Positions 38,821 to 52,724 of a stretch of DNA of 64,000 bases are shown here, one piece after another. The DNA comes from Octopus bimaculoides (taxonomy: Eukaryota). Under the pieces are notes generated by a model that saw nothing but the letters and a program-made list of their open reading frames with translations, searched no databases and was not told the origin of the DNA. The stretch covers positions 25,582,898-25,646,897 of the forward strand of contig NC_069001.1 in the NCBI RefSeq assembly GCF_001194135.2. The letters are read 5' to 3'. The position numbers and the translations under genes were made by a program. Position 1 is the stretch's first letter. Every line of letters begins with the position of its first letter.

Positions 38821-39017
38821 GGTACTCTGAAATCTGGATGCTTGTACATTTACAGATTTTTATTAATGTCACATATTAAATAAAGCGCTTTTCACCTAAT
38901 CGTGTAGGATTTTCAAATTGTTTGAAAATCCTACACGATTAGGTGAAAAGCGCTTTATTTAATATGTGACATTAATAAAAATCTGTAAATGTACAAGCAT
39001 CCAGATTTCTGAGTATC
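38821..39017. repeat. Fold-back (palindromic) element with 89-bp perfect arms and a 3-nt loop, flanked by TTAA; possibly Kolobok-like
   Basis: 38829-38917 is the exact reverse complement of 38921-39009. The outer tips have 2 mismatches. TTAA at 38817-38820 and 39018-39021. Confidence 0.8.
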
Positions 39018-39059
39018 TTAATTTTTTTTTCTCTCTCTTTCTCTCTCTTTCTCTCTCTT

Positions 39060-39148
<89 letters not shown>

Positions 39149-39394
39149 NNNNNNNNNNNNNNNNNNNNNNNNNNNNNNNNNNNNNNNNNNNNNNNNNNNN
39201 NNNNNNNNNNNNNNNNNNNNNNNNNNNNNNNNNNNNNNNNNNNNNNNNNNNNNNNNNNNNNNNNNNNNNNNNNNNNNNNNNNNNNNNNNNNNNNNNNNNN
39301 NNNNNNNNNNNNNNNNNNNNNNNNNNNNNNNNNNNNNNNNNNNNNNNNNNNNNNNNNNNNNNNNNNNNNNNNNNNNNNNNNNNNNNNNNNNNNN

Positions 39395-39465
<71 letters not shown>

Positions 39466-39599
39466 GAGTGGATTTTGCCCTAAACAATTCCCGTCCCTTG
39501 AAAGTATATTATAACGGTGCATTTCGAACTTCAGATGTTTGGAACTACAGTTTTTAAGTCTTGTCTCTCGTTCATATTGAAGCAGCGAAAGCGTTCACT

Positions 39600-40620
39600 T
39601 CATTGCTTAATACTGAATCTCCCTCCCTTGACATCAATGAATAAAAGTTTCTATTCGACGTGAGGTTGTGGGAGGTTATGAATAGAAAAAAAATGCGCCA
39701 CAGAAACAAATAAGATAATATACAGTATTTAAAGCCAAGGAAGGTTACTGACCGGTAAGTGTGGAACCGGTTTTCAAAATTTCGGTCAGGGCTCTTTGAC
39801 ATCAATTCAAAGCCTGGACGCTCATCAGACTTCGATCAAGATGCTTTAAGAAAATAATGGAACTCAATCCCCGTAAAAGTCTTTGTGAGTTAGCAATTGG
39901 CAACAACACGTCCCCATCCAGTATCTGTTGCTACTTGGAAAAGACAGGAAAAGTCAGTTAGCTGGGTGTTTGGGTTCCCCATATTTTAGTGTGAAGAATT
40001 AGGAAGATCGAATATCCAGAGTGACAAGTCTTCTTTCAAAGCAGAGAAATGACCCTTTTCTTTATAACATCATTATAGGTGTTGAAAAACGGGTCTTTTC
40101 TGACAACGTTCGACGCAGAAGGTAGTGGACTAACGAATAAATTCCCACAGCCTTCCTCAATAGTGGAGTTCCATGTAAATTGGAATCAACGCATTATTAT
40201 CCATTTTGAGTTTTTAACCGCAATCAAGCACTAAATACCAGCTCATACATTATACGGTTGCAACGTGTGCATGAAAATCGTTTAAGACAACGCCATGCAG
40301 GTGGCAATAGGAGATGCGTCGTCCTCCTCCTTAATAATGCAAGACCACACTCAGCAAGGATCGCGCAAGATAGAATATTCGATTTGGGCTGTTTTTTTTC
40401 TACCTCATCTACCATATTCCCCAGTCTCTGGACTAACCGATTTCCATATTTTTCACTCTCTCAAGATGGTCTGAATGAGAAAAAAAAATACTGCAGAGGA
40501 TGAGGTGACAATGAGGCGAAATTGTGTATGGAAAGCTTCGAGAGGAATTGAAAAGCTATCTGATAATTGGCAAACGGTCATTCGAAATAATGTCAACTAT
40601 ACTGACTCGAAATAATTCAT
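39600..40620 (+). pseudogene. Heavily degraded mariner transposase
   Basis: QKFRSG..KPGRSSDFD, LGVWVPH, LLLNNARPH, LPHLPYSP and IEKLSDNWQTVI motifs across many frameshifts. Confidence 0.8.
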
Positions 40621-40765
40621 AGTAGAATCTTTTCATGAGTAAAGGTTTTCCTCACAATTCGCGTGTACGGCTAAGAGCTTTAAAGGGCGTAACCAACGAT
40701 AACTTGCTGACCTGCTATAACAATCAACTTCCCAATAAATATAAGTATTTCTCTCTCTCTCTCGC

Positions 40766-40815
<50 letters not shown>

Positions 40816-41019
40816 TCTCTCCCTGTATACACACACACACACACACACACATAGGCTCGAAACGAAAGAGCCTTCCTCACTTTCCCTAGTGTCAAACTTA
40901 CACCTGTTTGTTGTTCATAAACCTGTCTTTGTCTTTTGTTTTTCTATAAACTTCAATTATATATTTGTATGTATGTATGTATGCATGTATGTATGTATAT
41001 ATGTAAAGTTAACACAGTC

Positions 41020-41190
41020 GCATTAACAAAGGAGTATGGGTTCAAATCCCACGCAGATAGGAAAGCCTTTTTTCTGTAGACTATTAAACTATTTTCCTTA
41101 GTCATTGCACGGTTATCACCATAAGCTTTCAGCTTATATGAAAATACCATTATTATTATTTACACGATTGTAAATCACAGCGCCCTAATG
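41020..41190 (+). mobile_element. SINE-like repeat, family D (second copy at about 63310-63460)
   Basis: B-box-like GGTTCAAATCCC. Both copies share CCCACGC..TAGGAAAGCCTTTTT..ACTATTTTCCTT.GTCATTG..CCATAAGCTTT..AAAATACCATTATTATT. Confidence 0.65.
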
Positions 41191-41282
41191 AAGAGATATT
41201 CGCACCGAATACATATATATATATATAAATATATATGTGTGTGTGTTTTTCTTGATTGCCTTAATCAATATACACACACACG

Positions 41283-41341
<59 letters not shown>

Positions 41342-42226
41342 GTTTGTGTGCGTGTGCGTGCGCGCGCGAGTTTTAATATGATATTTGGCATGTAAGCCTC
41401 GGAAGTCCTTCCAGTGGATTGCACTGAAAATACTGTAGCGATGGCTATTTGCAGTACTTCATGTTTTAAGGTACATCCGATTATATGCGTAATATAGAAT
41501 GTGACAGAACTGACATCTTTTTTCAGTATCTTAAGTTAAACGGTTTTGCTTCATTCTTTGTCTATTACGTATCTTGTTTTGCTGTCGTAGAAATATTGTG
41601 AATATCTAAATACTCTAAGTGCGGTAGAGGTGATTGTGTGGGCATGTATATAAAATACAGAATTAAAAAAGCAATTTGCTAAAATAATAGGAAACATGTT
41701 ATTCATAATAAAAAAAAGTTACTTGTTCAATAAATGAACGATTGGTGTGCCTTATATTATTGCTGAGATCAGTTCTTCTGCAGCAAGACTAGAAATGGAA
41801 TGGGGTAATAGGAGGAAGCGGAGTGTAGGAAAAATGCAATTGTGACATTAGAATCGCACACGAATAAGAGAGAACTTTATATTTGATAGAAAATTGGCAG
41901 GGTAATTGTGAAGGGCAAATGTAACATTTTTGGAATAGAGCCGAATAAAGCGCAGGATTTTCAATCGAAGCTGGGTATCCTTCCTGGGGGTGGAATCAAG
42001 ACATGAGGTATGGGGAAATGTGTAAGGTAATGTTGGAGCAGAAAAGCAGTTATCACAATCATATGAAGGGATACATTATACGTGCGTGTTTGGTGATTTT
42101 TGTAGGGACTTTGTGAGAGATTTGTTACGGAATTATTTATGGAGGAAGTACTTTCAAATCTGCGTAGATTAGTTTAGGATTTGTTCACGTTTAATAACGG
42201 TTGTAAGGCGTTTAAATACGTATATG

Positions 42227-42274
<48 letters not shown>

Positions 42275-42352
42275 GTATATATATATGTGTATATATATCT
42301 ACCTATATGTGTATGTATGTGTGTTTTGTATATGTGTATGTATGTATGTATA

Positions 42353-42386
<34 letters not shown>

Positions 42387-42558
42387 CATATATATACATA
42401 TATATGTATGTATATATATATACAATTCTCCCATATATATATACACACATATATGTATGTATATATATATACACAATTCTCCCATATATATATACACACA
42501 TATATATGTAATGTGTGTATATCTATATCTATGTATATGTATGTATGCGTGTGTGTTT

Positions 42559-42618
<60 letters not shown>

Positions 42619-43170
42619 TATAGATATATTTATGTATGTGTGATTTATGTATGTATATCTATCTATATCTATACATAGATATGTATATATACGCGAGTAT
42701 ACCTATGTATGCATATGTATATATAAATGTGTTTGTGCGTATATGTGTGTGTCTAAGTATGCACTTCACAATTCGCTTCGTCATCAATAGTCTAGTTAGG
42801 CAGTGAAGAGATTTTATTTCCCTCTTATATATTTAGATATTGCAATTAATTATTTAAGTCGCAGATTTAATATGTGTAGTCATCTTTCCATGTTGTATTG
42901 ACTGATTAGTTGATCAGGTGTGAGATTGCGTGTGTTCCGGAAGTATATGCGCTTATGGGCTCCAATGGTTTGATCATGTGTAACGTGTAACGTTATTAAA
43001 AATATCGACGTGTTTCTAGCAGAAAAGCAGAGCTGTGCCAACAGTGCTTTCATATTTAGTATATGTCACTATTAGTGTTTATGCGAAATAGAGTGAGAGA
43101 ACTTTATTGAAGAGAATGTTAGATAGCTGTATTGTTTAATAATATAATTTTGGTTTTTCTCTTCGTATAG

Positions 43171-43179
43171 ATGAAATGA
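43171..43179 (+). CDS. Candidate 9-nt phase-1 microexon (x-E-M)
   Basis: ttttggtttttctcttcgtatag|ATGAAATGA|gtaagt. Near-consensus splice sites, frame-preserving, one open frame. Confidence 0.3.
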   Translation: MK

Positions 43180-43784
43180 GTAAGTGTGGTTTCGCAATAA
43201 TGTTATTTAATCGGGCTTATATTGTGTGTCGTGTCTCACGTTTTACTATGGCGTTTTAATAGGAAGTATTTTCAATAATGCTTGTATTACGGAATTAATT
43301 TCATTCTGTGTATCTTATGGCAGGCTGCATGAGGTGCCATAAATATTGTAGGTTAAGTAATTACTTTTTTAAAAGACATATACAAGGAGCCATGAGACTA
43401 GAAGGAAGGAAATTGTTTGTGTAGAAAATTCTAGATTGTGTGATTAAGCTTCCAGTGCCTAAGTTTAAAATTATTCATAGTTAATCTGATGTAATAAGTA
43501 TCATTTTGATTATAAGCAACCTTCAATGTGCATGAGAAAATAAATGAAATTTGAGTCAGTTTCTGGTGAAAACACTAATCCAGCCTGAATGGATTGTAAT
43601 AGCGTTTTAACTTTTTGATGAAGTTACATTTCAAACATACGCATGTGTGCTTTGTTTCGTCAGTATTTGCGCGTATATAAGCATATAAGCGCGCGCACAC
43701 ACACACACAGACGCACGTTAAAAGAAGCCGTAAAATAGATTGACTGAATATGCCCTTCAGTTTCCACTTTCGCCCTGTACTCAC

Positions 43785-43876
43785 GCCTGTGATATTTTGC
43801 CCCATCTTCAGGAGTCTACTGTACATACTATCAAGGGAATATTGATGCTCTGTCATCGTAGTGCATATATCAGCAA
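43785..43876 (-). CDS. Candidate exon (ADICTTMTEHQYSLDSMYSRLLKMGQNITG)
   Basis: Acceptor ctcttctcttag|, donor GGC|gtgagt. Only one open frame. Confidence 0.3.
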
Positions 43877-45574
43877 CTAAGAGAAGAGTGCCTCTACTTC
43901 TGATCTGAGAAATACCTCCATTTTGGATTCTGTAATACTTGATTGTCGGAAATTTTCAGATTTCTTGCAGTGACCCCTGTCTAGCTTTTGCATGTTTTTC
44001 TTACTCTGAGCAACAAAGTTGAGAATGAATGAATCTCGTCCGAGTAAACGTAAGTTACTCACAATTCACAGTTAGGCCTCCGATTTACAATAAATGAAAA
44101 CACTCGTACATATAGAGAGCACGGTTCTCGTAGAAGAAACTGCTTAACACAGCTTCTACACCGCCAGGATTATATACTAAACGCTTTCTTGGACATGCTC
44201 GATTTCGAGGGCAGTTTCGATTCGACTCGATTTGAAGTATAATATGAGTTATAACACCATTCGTCTTTAAAGGCAGCCTCCATACACCTTAAATACGTGA
44301 TATTTATAGCGCGTAAGTTAGTGAGCAGCTTTTAACAATGAATTTCATGACGCATTTCTTTTCTTCGCTTCGTCTGTAGGAGTTAGCAAGTGTATTTGTT
44401 GCTAATGTACGAAAAATTAGATTGCAGATTATGTTTCTTGCACTGCTTTCTTATGGAATGTGTTGTCATGGGCCTGTTGGAAGGGAATTTATTCATATTT
44501 TCGTTGTACAAAATACCGATTGTTATTTCATTAACCCGTAACTTTATTTAATTCATTTGATAAAAAGTTTAATCCCACTGTCTATTCTAACCTTTCCGAA
44601 GATCTATTTTACAACACTATTATGAGCTTGCTTGCTTTTCGTGCAAATGTGACGCATGACAGTCCATAGCCCACAATTGAATGCCAGGAAAACGTGCTTT
44701 TATTAATATACAGCAGGCATAATTGCGAAAACATTTGCTCTTGTTTCTATTCACAGTGTAACCAGGGATATACATTTACACGGATTTTATCATGAGTATT
44801 AAATAAATTTTATTTAGTATTTCTATTGTCACTTTTGGTCCTTTCTATAATTAATTTTACCCCACTTTTGCTGTATATATCTAAACTACTTTTAAATAAA
44901 TTTATGACGATTTCTTCCCAAAACAAGTTAAATCTCTAATTGTGACTGATTTAGACTGAGTGACGCGCAAATTGTCAATATATACATTCACATACGCGCT
45001 TTTTAAAGGCAGGGTCATACAGAGCAGTAGTAGATGCCTTCATTTATTTAAATGCTTTCATTTGCCTGAATTAAAACCTTTGCTGGATTTATACAAAAAA
45101 TCACTATCGAGAAACCATGCAACGTCTAAAGAAGAAACTTGATCAACACGTTCAAAATGTTTGGGTTTGCAATACAACAAAATTAATCTTAAAAACTCTA
45201 CCGTAGTTCAATATTACTGCAGACCTAAGCCCAGAACAGTTGTAGGAAGAGCGGTGTAAGAACTGACTCGTTTAGATTTCCAACAATTTTAAATCACCGA
45301 AACCTTTCTTATCACCAACTGTTTAGAAGGTAACATCTCTAAAAAGAATTTGATACACAATAAATTCTTGGGTATCAAGAATTTATTGATACCCAATATT
45401 TGACCACAACTGAAGCCATTCTTATAAATCTGACCGGATAAAGCCTAGAACATCTCGCGTCGTGTTTCGAAATTGAGTTTCTGCCCGCGTAAGTCTGACT
45501 GACATACGGGTATCTTTGCCCTATTTTTGAAAGCTATTTTCAAAGCTAGTCTTCTGAGTTCAAGATTTTCTTAA

Positions 45575-45606
<32 letters not shown>

Positions 45607-45610
45607 TTCT

Positions 45611-45654
<44 letters not shown>

Positions 45655-46694
45655 ATTTAGAGAGAGAGAGAGAGAGCAAGTAAAAAAGTGAGTGAGAGAG
45701 TGGCTCGTACCTGAAATCCCTGTACGTTCTTCTCTAAATATATGAATTAAAAGATCATCATCTGAAATTCCTGTAAAGAGCATAGCTTCTATTTCTAAAT
45801 ATTGAAGACCGTCCAGGATTAGTATAAATCCAGCCAGCAACATTGATTCTCTCGCTACGTGATATAAATTGACACTCACAGAGGTGGGTGATAGCACCAA
45901 TTTGCACTAAAAATAAGATGCCACCTGTTGAGATTTCTTAATCTACTGTTGCTAATCTCTTCTTACAATGCCAAATCCACATATATACCGCATCCATGCA
46001 TCGTCTCCAAGTTCTCAGTAGAGACCAAGATAGGGATATGGATGTATTCCTGCTAGTAGTCCTTTTGAAGGCTTACAGTCTTCGCTGAAAGAAAAGGTTT
46101 TGCTATACGTAGAAAGTAAATACCTTCATCACACCGCCCCGCCAAATCACAATAATAGCAAATTACCGAAATAGATATCTGAAAACTGCTCCAACCATAT
46201 GTCTGTGTGCGCGTGTGTTTGTGTGTGTGTGTATGGAACTTCCGATTACAGATACTCCCCCATACGTTCCATACTGTTAAATACATATTTTCTTTACTCT
46301 ATAGCCATAAGACCACCTGAAATTCTAGGTGAGGCTTTACTCCACTACATTGACCCAAATATTCAATTCGTACGTTACTTTCTAGATTCCGAAACGATGA
46401 AAAGCAAAGTTGTCCACAGTCGTAATTTATTTCGGAGCGTAGAACAAATAGCGATTCGGCCAGCTCGTCGGTAGTAAAAAGAGAAAGCAGAACCGCTTGC
46501 TATAAATACATCCAGGTTAGAGTTAGGAACATCAAGGAAATTTCTTTTAGAAGTTGGTACTGATTTCATGCCTCAATGATTTCTATTTTGGAATCTTTTA
46601 CCGTTAGGGATGGATTCAGTGTCGCTGGTATGCTCTAAGCTGAGTCCTCGATGGTACGAGGCAGAGACAGCAGCAATGATTGGCGAAACTCAAA

Positions 46695-46905
46695 GCTGCA
46701 AGCTGGCAGAATCGTTAGCATGCCGGGTGAAATGCTTAGCAGTATTTCATCCGCCGCTACGTTCTGAGTTCAAATTCCGCCGAGGTCGACTTTGCATTTT
46801 ATCCTTTCGGGGTTTATAAATTAAGTACCAGTGAAACACTAAGTTCGATGTAATGAACTAGTCCCCTCCCCCATATTCCTGGCCTTGTGTCTACAGTACA
46901 AAGGA
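46695..46905 (+). mobile_element. SINE family A (a diverged inverted copy lies at about 46300-46470)
   Basis: AAGCTGGCAGAATCGTTAGCATGCCGGGTGAAATGCTTAGC..GTTCTGAGTTCAAATTCCGCCGAGGTCGACTTTGC. Confidence 0.85.
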
Positions 46906-47742
46906 TTATTAACGAAACCCATTATCCGACTACTATACAACACAATTCTTTAATGGATACATCGTACAAGACATTGCTGAAAAAGACAACCCATAGAGCA
47001 TCATTTGTAGTTCAGATATTGACAAACAAGACAATATCGTTTTTTATTCATCGAGGAAAACTTTTCAATGTAGTCCGTTTACTTTCTATTCCTTTCACAC
47101 ATTAGAATGTGATATTTTTTTTTATATGCAAAAAAATAACAAGATAATTAGATACATTAAAATATTCCACTTTGTTCCTGTTGCTACACTTATCCAATCT
47201 TCACCCTTCTCTATTTAAGTGTGTATGTGTATGCCTATTTCTATTCGTGTGTCTGTGTGCATTCGCAGGCGCTTTGCTCTTTCGCATCTATATTTATCCA
47301 GCAGACAGTAGGTTTCCGTCTGTCAGTCTTTCTTTTTACTTTTTATTTCATTCAATACCTTTTACGTGTGCAAGTCAGAGTAAAGATATTAAAGTTTAAA
47401 TATACAGTTCTTTTTTCTACAAAGTTGATATGAAAGAAATTCGTTATTAATAATTCACTAAACTGACAGAAAATTTTCGTAGTAGACTAATATTTATCTA
47501 TTTTATTTTATAGACGTTAGTAGGAAACTGTCTCAAGTTCTACCTGGATAGTTAATATTTAAACGACGTAAGCGCTATCATATTTAATGTGAGGAATAGG
47601 ATAACTTTATTTAAAAGAGATTGTTTAAATATCGAGTAATAGTTATTTGGACTCTTTTAAATTATAACGAACAAAGGGGTATAATCAACATTCAGAAACA
47701 CTATAAGATACACACACACACACACACACACACAGACACACA

Positions 47743-47790
<48 letters not shown>

Positions 47791-48289
47791 NNNNNNNNNN
47801 NNNNNNNNNNNNNNNNNNNNNNNNNNNNNNNNNNNNNNNNNNNNNNNNNNNNNNNNNNNNNNNNNNNNNNNNNNNNNNNNNNNNNNNNNNNNNNNNNNNN
47901 NNNNNNNNNNNNNNNNNNNNNNNNNNNNNNNNNNNNNNNNNNNNNNNNNNNNNNNNNNNNNNNNNNNNNNNNNNNNNNNNNNNNNNNNNNNNNNNNNNNN
48001 NNNNNNNNNNNNNNNNNNNNNNNNNNNNNNNNNNNNNNNNNNNNNNNNNNNNNNNNNNNNNNNNNNNNNNNNNNNNNNNNNATATATGCGGAATAGACTA
48101 AATTATCGGAATGTTGTTATGCATAGCTTGTCACAATGCAATTTGCATTGTTTTAGCTTAAGCCAATCCTCTCTTATGCTGCTCATTTTATCTACCTTGG
48201 GAAGAAGAAAGTAAAGTCGACCTCAGAGGGATTTGAACTTAGAGCGTAAAGGCCTCATTCCATTTATTACTAGAATAAATCAGTCGACA

Positions 48290-48450
48290 GCTGGCAGGAT
48301 CGTTAGCACGCCTGGGAAAATGCTTCGCTGCATCTCGCCCCTCTTTACGTTCTGAGTCGACTCAGCCTTTTATACTTTGAGTGTCGGTAAAATAAGTACT
48401 GATTACCCTTACTCTCACTGGTTCTGGCCTTGTGCCAAAATTTGAAATGA
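48290..48450 (+). mobile_element. SINE family A with internal deletion
   Basis: AGCTGGCAGGATCGTTAGCACGCCTGGG..GTTCTGAGTCGACTC..GGCCTTGTGCCAAAATTTGAAA. Confidence 0.75.
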
Positions 48451-49044
48451 ATATAAACAATAAATCAATATTAGCAGTGGTTAACATGGTGGAGGATGTA
48501 TGAAATAAAGGGAGTTAACTGAGAGCATTATTCAGGCATATTGGTGTTTAAGGCGAAACATTGTGATGCATCTGTCAATCTGATAAACAGAGGGCTACAT
48601 TTATATTTCGGTATATATAAACGTGGCTTATTTTATGTTGTTATAGTCAAACGTAAAACACAATGGAAAGTGGGGTAATAGCTCGGTGATATCAGTAACA
48701 TGTAAAATGGTGGGTGGTTCAAAGTTGTGGTTAAGCAGGTGACATGTTGAATATATTACACAACAAATAGAAAGCTTATAACAATCCTAAAATTATATAA
48801 CAAGGATCCCTTTAATAAGCGTTTCCTTAAAAATGTCAGGACGAAATTTGATTTACGGGTTTCTTCAGTTTAAATTCGGGTTCAATCTGGAAATATGTTT
48901 ATTTTCCTTTCAGACATAATATAACCATTATGACCTTGCTATATAAGATTTTAGGTTATGAAGTGGGTACGTTGAGCTGTTATTTCTAGTAGATCAAGCG
49001 ACATTGCATAATCTCCTTTAGTTAGTTCTTGTTCCATATACATA

Positions 49045-49263
49045 CAGTAATCTCTCGAATATCACGGGTGTTACGCCCCCCCCCCGCGATAGGTGAAAAT
49101 CCGTGATGTAGAAGCAGTATTGTACTGTATATTCTCTTATTACTTTTATAATTTGTATATATATTTATTTTATTATAAATGCAAAGCAACACCACAAAGG
49201 AATCGACGTAAGCTTAAATAATAAACCGCGATAAGTGAACCGCGATATGGCGAAGGATTACTA
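49045..49263. mobile_element. pogo/Tigger-type MITE with TA target site
   Basis: Left end TA|CAGTAATCTCTCGAATATCACGGG. Right end (reverse complement) TA|TAGTAATCCTTCGCCATATCGCGG. Confidence 0.7.
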
Positions 49264-50654
49264 TACTGCAAAACAGAAAACAACAACTAACAACAATAGC
49301 AACAACAACAAAAAAGAAGAAAATATGATGTTGGCATAAATGATAAATTATTGCCAATAAATACATCTTCAAGAAATGTCTATATCACCTGGACAGGAAG
49401 GAAATTGAGCATCAATCTTAACTAACGATAGCTGTATAGAAAAACACACAATTTATATACAAGTTATATTGTAGCTGAGGAAGATTGCAAATTTGTATAT
49501 TACATACACTGTATTAGATTCATAATATTTATCTCAGTAATAATTTATAGCTGCAGTTTCCATCCATCTTGAAAATACTTTTTAGGATCCGATTAAGGGA
49601 TGAATTTGGAAACCTAAATTAATGACTGTACCGAGTATTTTATGAGCAAAATGCATTCAATCATGAAAAATTAGTCTACAAGCAATCTAAAACAGGCATC
49701 AATGACAAATAATGGAGTGTATTGTGCAGTGGAGGAGGAACTATATTGGAATTTCCCCGGTGCCCTGTTAATACTGATTACTGCAAAAGTGTGATCTTTA
49801 TCTAAAGATTGATGGGTAATGTCCCGTCAGTTATCCAATATAGATGATATATCACCCGTTTTCTCATAGTTTATACATTTGGATAAGTTTCTATATTGCG
49901 TGGAGACGAGGATACGGATATTTTAAGCAAAACCAATACTGAAAACAAATATGAAATAATATATATTCAAGGAAATTTTTTTCTCCAAATGTCAGAATGT
50001 TTCTTTCAAACAAAGGCAAGGGTGGGGTGAGGAATCAATGTCAAATCACAAATATTTCGAAGTTGTTGGTTCCGTGTAACGCTAACTATTTACAATCAAA
50101 AATAATATATACAGCAGGAAGATTCTAGTTTGATGTTTAACAACTAATTTTACAAACACAGTGTTCTTCGGTCTTAATATTTTGAACCTGCGTGAATGCA
50201 TTAACAGGCGCAATTTCGTTTCACTATATCATTGGAAGACGCAAAAGCGAGCGCTCTCGAGGTGTTGTGCTTAGCGGTCGGTAATTAGGAGAAACATAGG
50301 ATTCTTTGGGGTTTTTTCTGTTCCTTTTTTTTTTTGGGGGGGGGGGGGTCAGTAGTAAGGTTGAAGACGTGTGGCTGCCAGCCTTTGCGTCTAGCGAAAT
50401 CGCGCTTTGATTCCATAAGGATTCAAGGCGCTTTAGATCCTCGTGGATTCAACGATTAAATACTTCTTTGCGAAACAGTCAATCACATGTTTACTGGATC
50501 ACCGAAAATAGAGGTATATATTCACATATAGGTATTGCACATCTACAACCGTGGGGAAAAAACATAACAAAAGAATGAATTAACCAAGGTAACAAAAGTA
50601 TTATATGAAATAACTCGAATGTGTGAGTAATATTATACAAAAATTTGGAAAGGG

Positions 50655-51060
50655 GAAGCGCTGGCAGAGTTGTTAACAAACTGGACGAAATACTTCACGG
50701 TATTTCACCTGTCAGAAATGTTAGCAGAAATGTTAGCAGAAATGTTAGCACACCGGGCGAACTGCTTAGCGGTATTTCGTCTGCCACTGCGTTCTGAGTT
50801 CTAATTCCGCCGAGGTCGACTTTGTCTTTCATCCTTTCGGGGTCGATAAATTAAGTACCAGTTACGCACTGGGGTCGATATAATCGACTTAATCCGTTTG
50901 TCTGTTCTTGTTTGTCCCCTTTGTGTGCAGCCCCTTGTGGGCAGTAAAGAAATAGGTATTTCACCTGTCACTACGGTCTGAGTTTCAGTTCCGCCGAGGT
51001 GGACTTTCTCTGTAGATAAAATAAGTACAAGTTGAACACTGGGGTCGATGTAATCTACAA
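50655..51060 (+). mobile_element. SINE family A with internal re-duplications (12-bp CAGAAATGTTAG x3; repeated body at about 50955-51060)
   Basis: Full-length body 50745-50955 followed by a second GGTATTTCACCTGTC..CCGCCGAGGT..GGGGTCGATGTAATC. Confidence 0.85.
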
Positions 51061-51363
51061 ACATATCATTATTTTTNNNNNNNNNNNNNNNNNNNNNNNN
51101 NNNNNNNNNNNNNNNNNNNNNNNNNNNNNNNNNNNNNNNNNNNNNNNNNNNNNNNNNNNNNNNNNNNNNNNNNNNNNNNNNNNNNNNNNNNNNNNNNNNN
51201 NNNNNNNNNNNNNNNNNNNNNNNNNNNNNNNNNNNNNNNNNNNNNNNNNNNNNNNNNNNNNNNNNNNNNNNNNNNNNNNNNNNNNNNNNNNNNNNNNNNN
51301 NNNNNNNNNNNNNNNNNNNNNNNNNNNNNNNNNNNNNNNNNNNNNNNNNNNNNNNNNNCGATC

Positions 51364-51402
<39 letters not shown>

Positions 51403-51814
51403 GTATGTATATGCATGTATAAATATTGTTTATGTACGCCTCTTGGACACTGAAAGAATAGTAAAAAAAGTGGAAAAACAAACAAATGTCAATCCCTAGT
51501 CCTCAGAGAATATATATTAGATTGATGCGTAGTAAAATTCTAAGATGGAAAAAGAAAAGAGTAGGTCTGACTTTCCAAATATGGCTATTCATTGCAAAGA
51601 AGAAGAAAGCCAAAGAGTAAGAAAAGGAGGTAGGAGAAGACAGTCCGGAGAAGAACACTCATGTTGTTACATTACCGAAAAATATAACCGACCGGAAATT
51701 GGAGAATGATGTAGGAGTTGGTCCAAGGCAGGAGAGTGCATCATGCTCATTGTGTGTCGAAGTGTGTAGATTTAATACGTGTATGTGTATATATATATAT
51801 ATATATACACGGCG

Positions 51815-51960
51815 GGTCTCTTTCAGTTTCTGTCTACCAAATCCACTCACAAAACTTCGGTCGGCCCGAGGCTATAGTAGAAGACACTTGTCCAAGATGC
51901 CACGCATTGGAACTGAACTTGAAACCATATAGTTGGGAAGCAAGCTTCTTACTACACTGC
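51815..51960 (-). mobile_element. SINE family B, 5' half
   Basis: TTTCAGTTTCTGTCTACCAAATCCACTCAC..GGCCCGAGGCTATAGTAGAAGACACTTG. Confidence 0.85.
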
Positions 51961-52724
51961 CAATTCGCGCCTATAAAAAAAGTGAGAAAGCAAAAAGATT
52001 CAATCCGATGTATGTATGTATGTATGTGTGTATGTATGTGCGTGCATTTGTGTGTGTATATGTTCTTTAGTCGTATATGTGTGTATTTGTGTTTGTGTGT
52101 ATGAGTGTGTTTTGAAGATAAAAACATAGGAAATATATTTGAGAAATACAGAGAATTAGATTACTGCCAAATTTATCAACATGAGAATTTACAGTGTGTC
52201 TAATTGTGAGATTAAGAATTTATTAAACAGTAGCTAACAGAGCCGTTCGTTCATAAATATTCATTAAAACAACGAGAAGGAAAGACAAGTATATTATTTC
52301 AAAATGTATGAGTACTGGCCATATACTCAACCAATAAAAACATGGATATAATACTTCAAAGTGTTTTCCGGAGCAGAAACGTTTCTTTAGCTGAAAATAA
52401 GGGAAACAGCTTTTTTTCATTTTTTTGCAACTATTTAATATAAATAGCTACACATATACAAAATGATCATGAAAATATGTACTGATAAATGGATCATTTC
52501 ATTAGTAAAAATTGGTTACCATCTTTTAAAATAGTGAAAATTCCTCCGGTTCGTATGGTCTGTGCACAAACCATAGTTTTGTAAGTGTAAATGTTATTCA
52601 AATTAGCTCTTACACAATTATTTGACTAACAAGACATATGTGACAACTCGGATGATTTCTTGTTCACAGATAAAGGAATAGCGTCTACATTTATAAATTT
52701 GCTGCGAATATAGAAATAAGCCAT

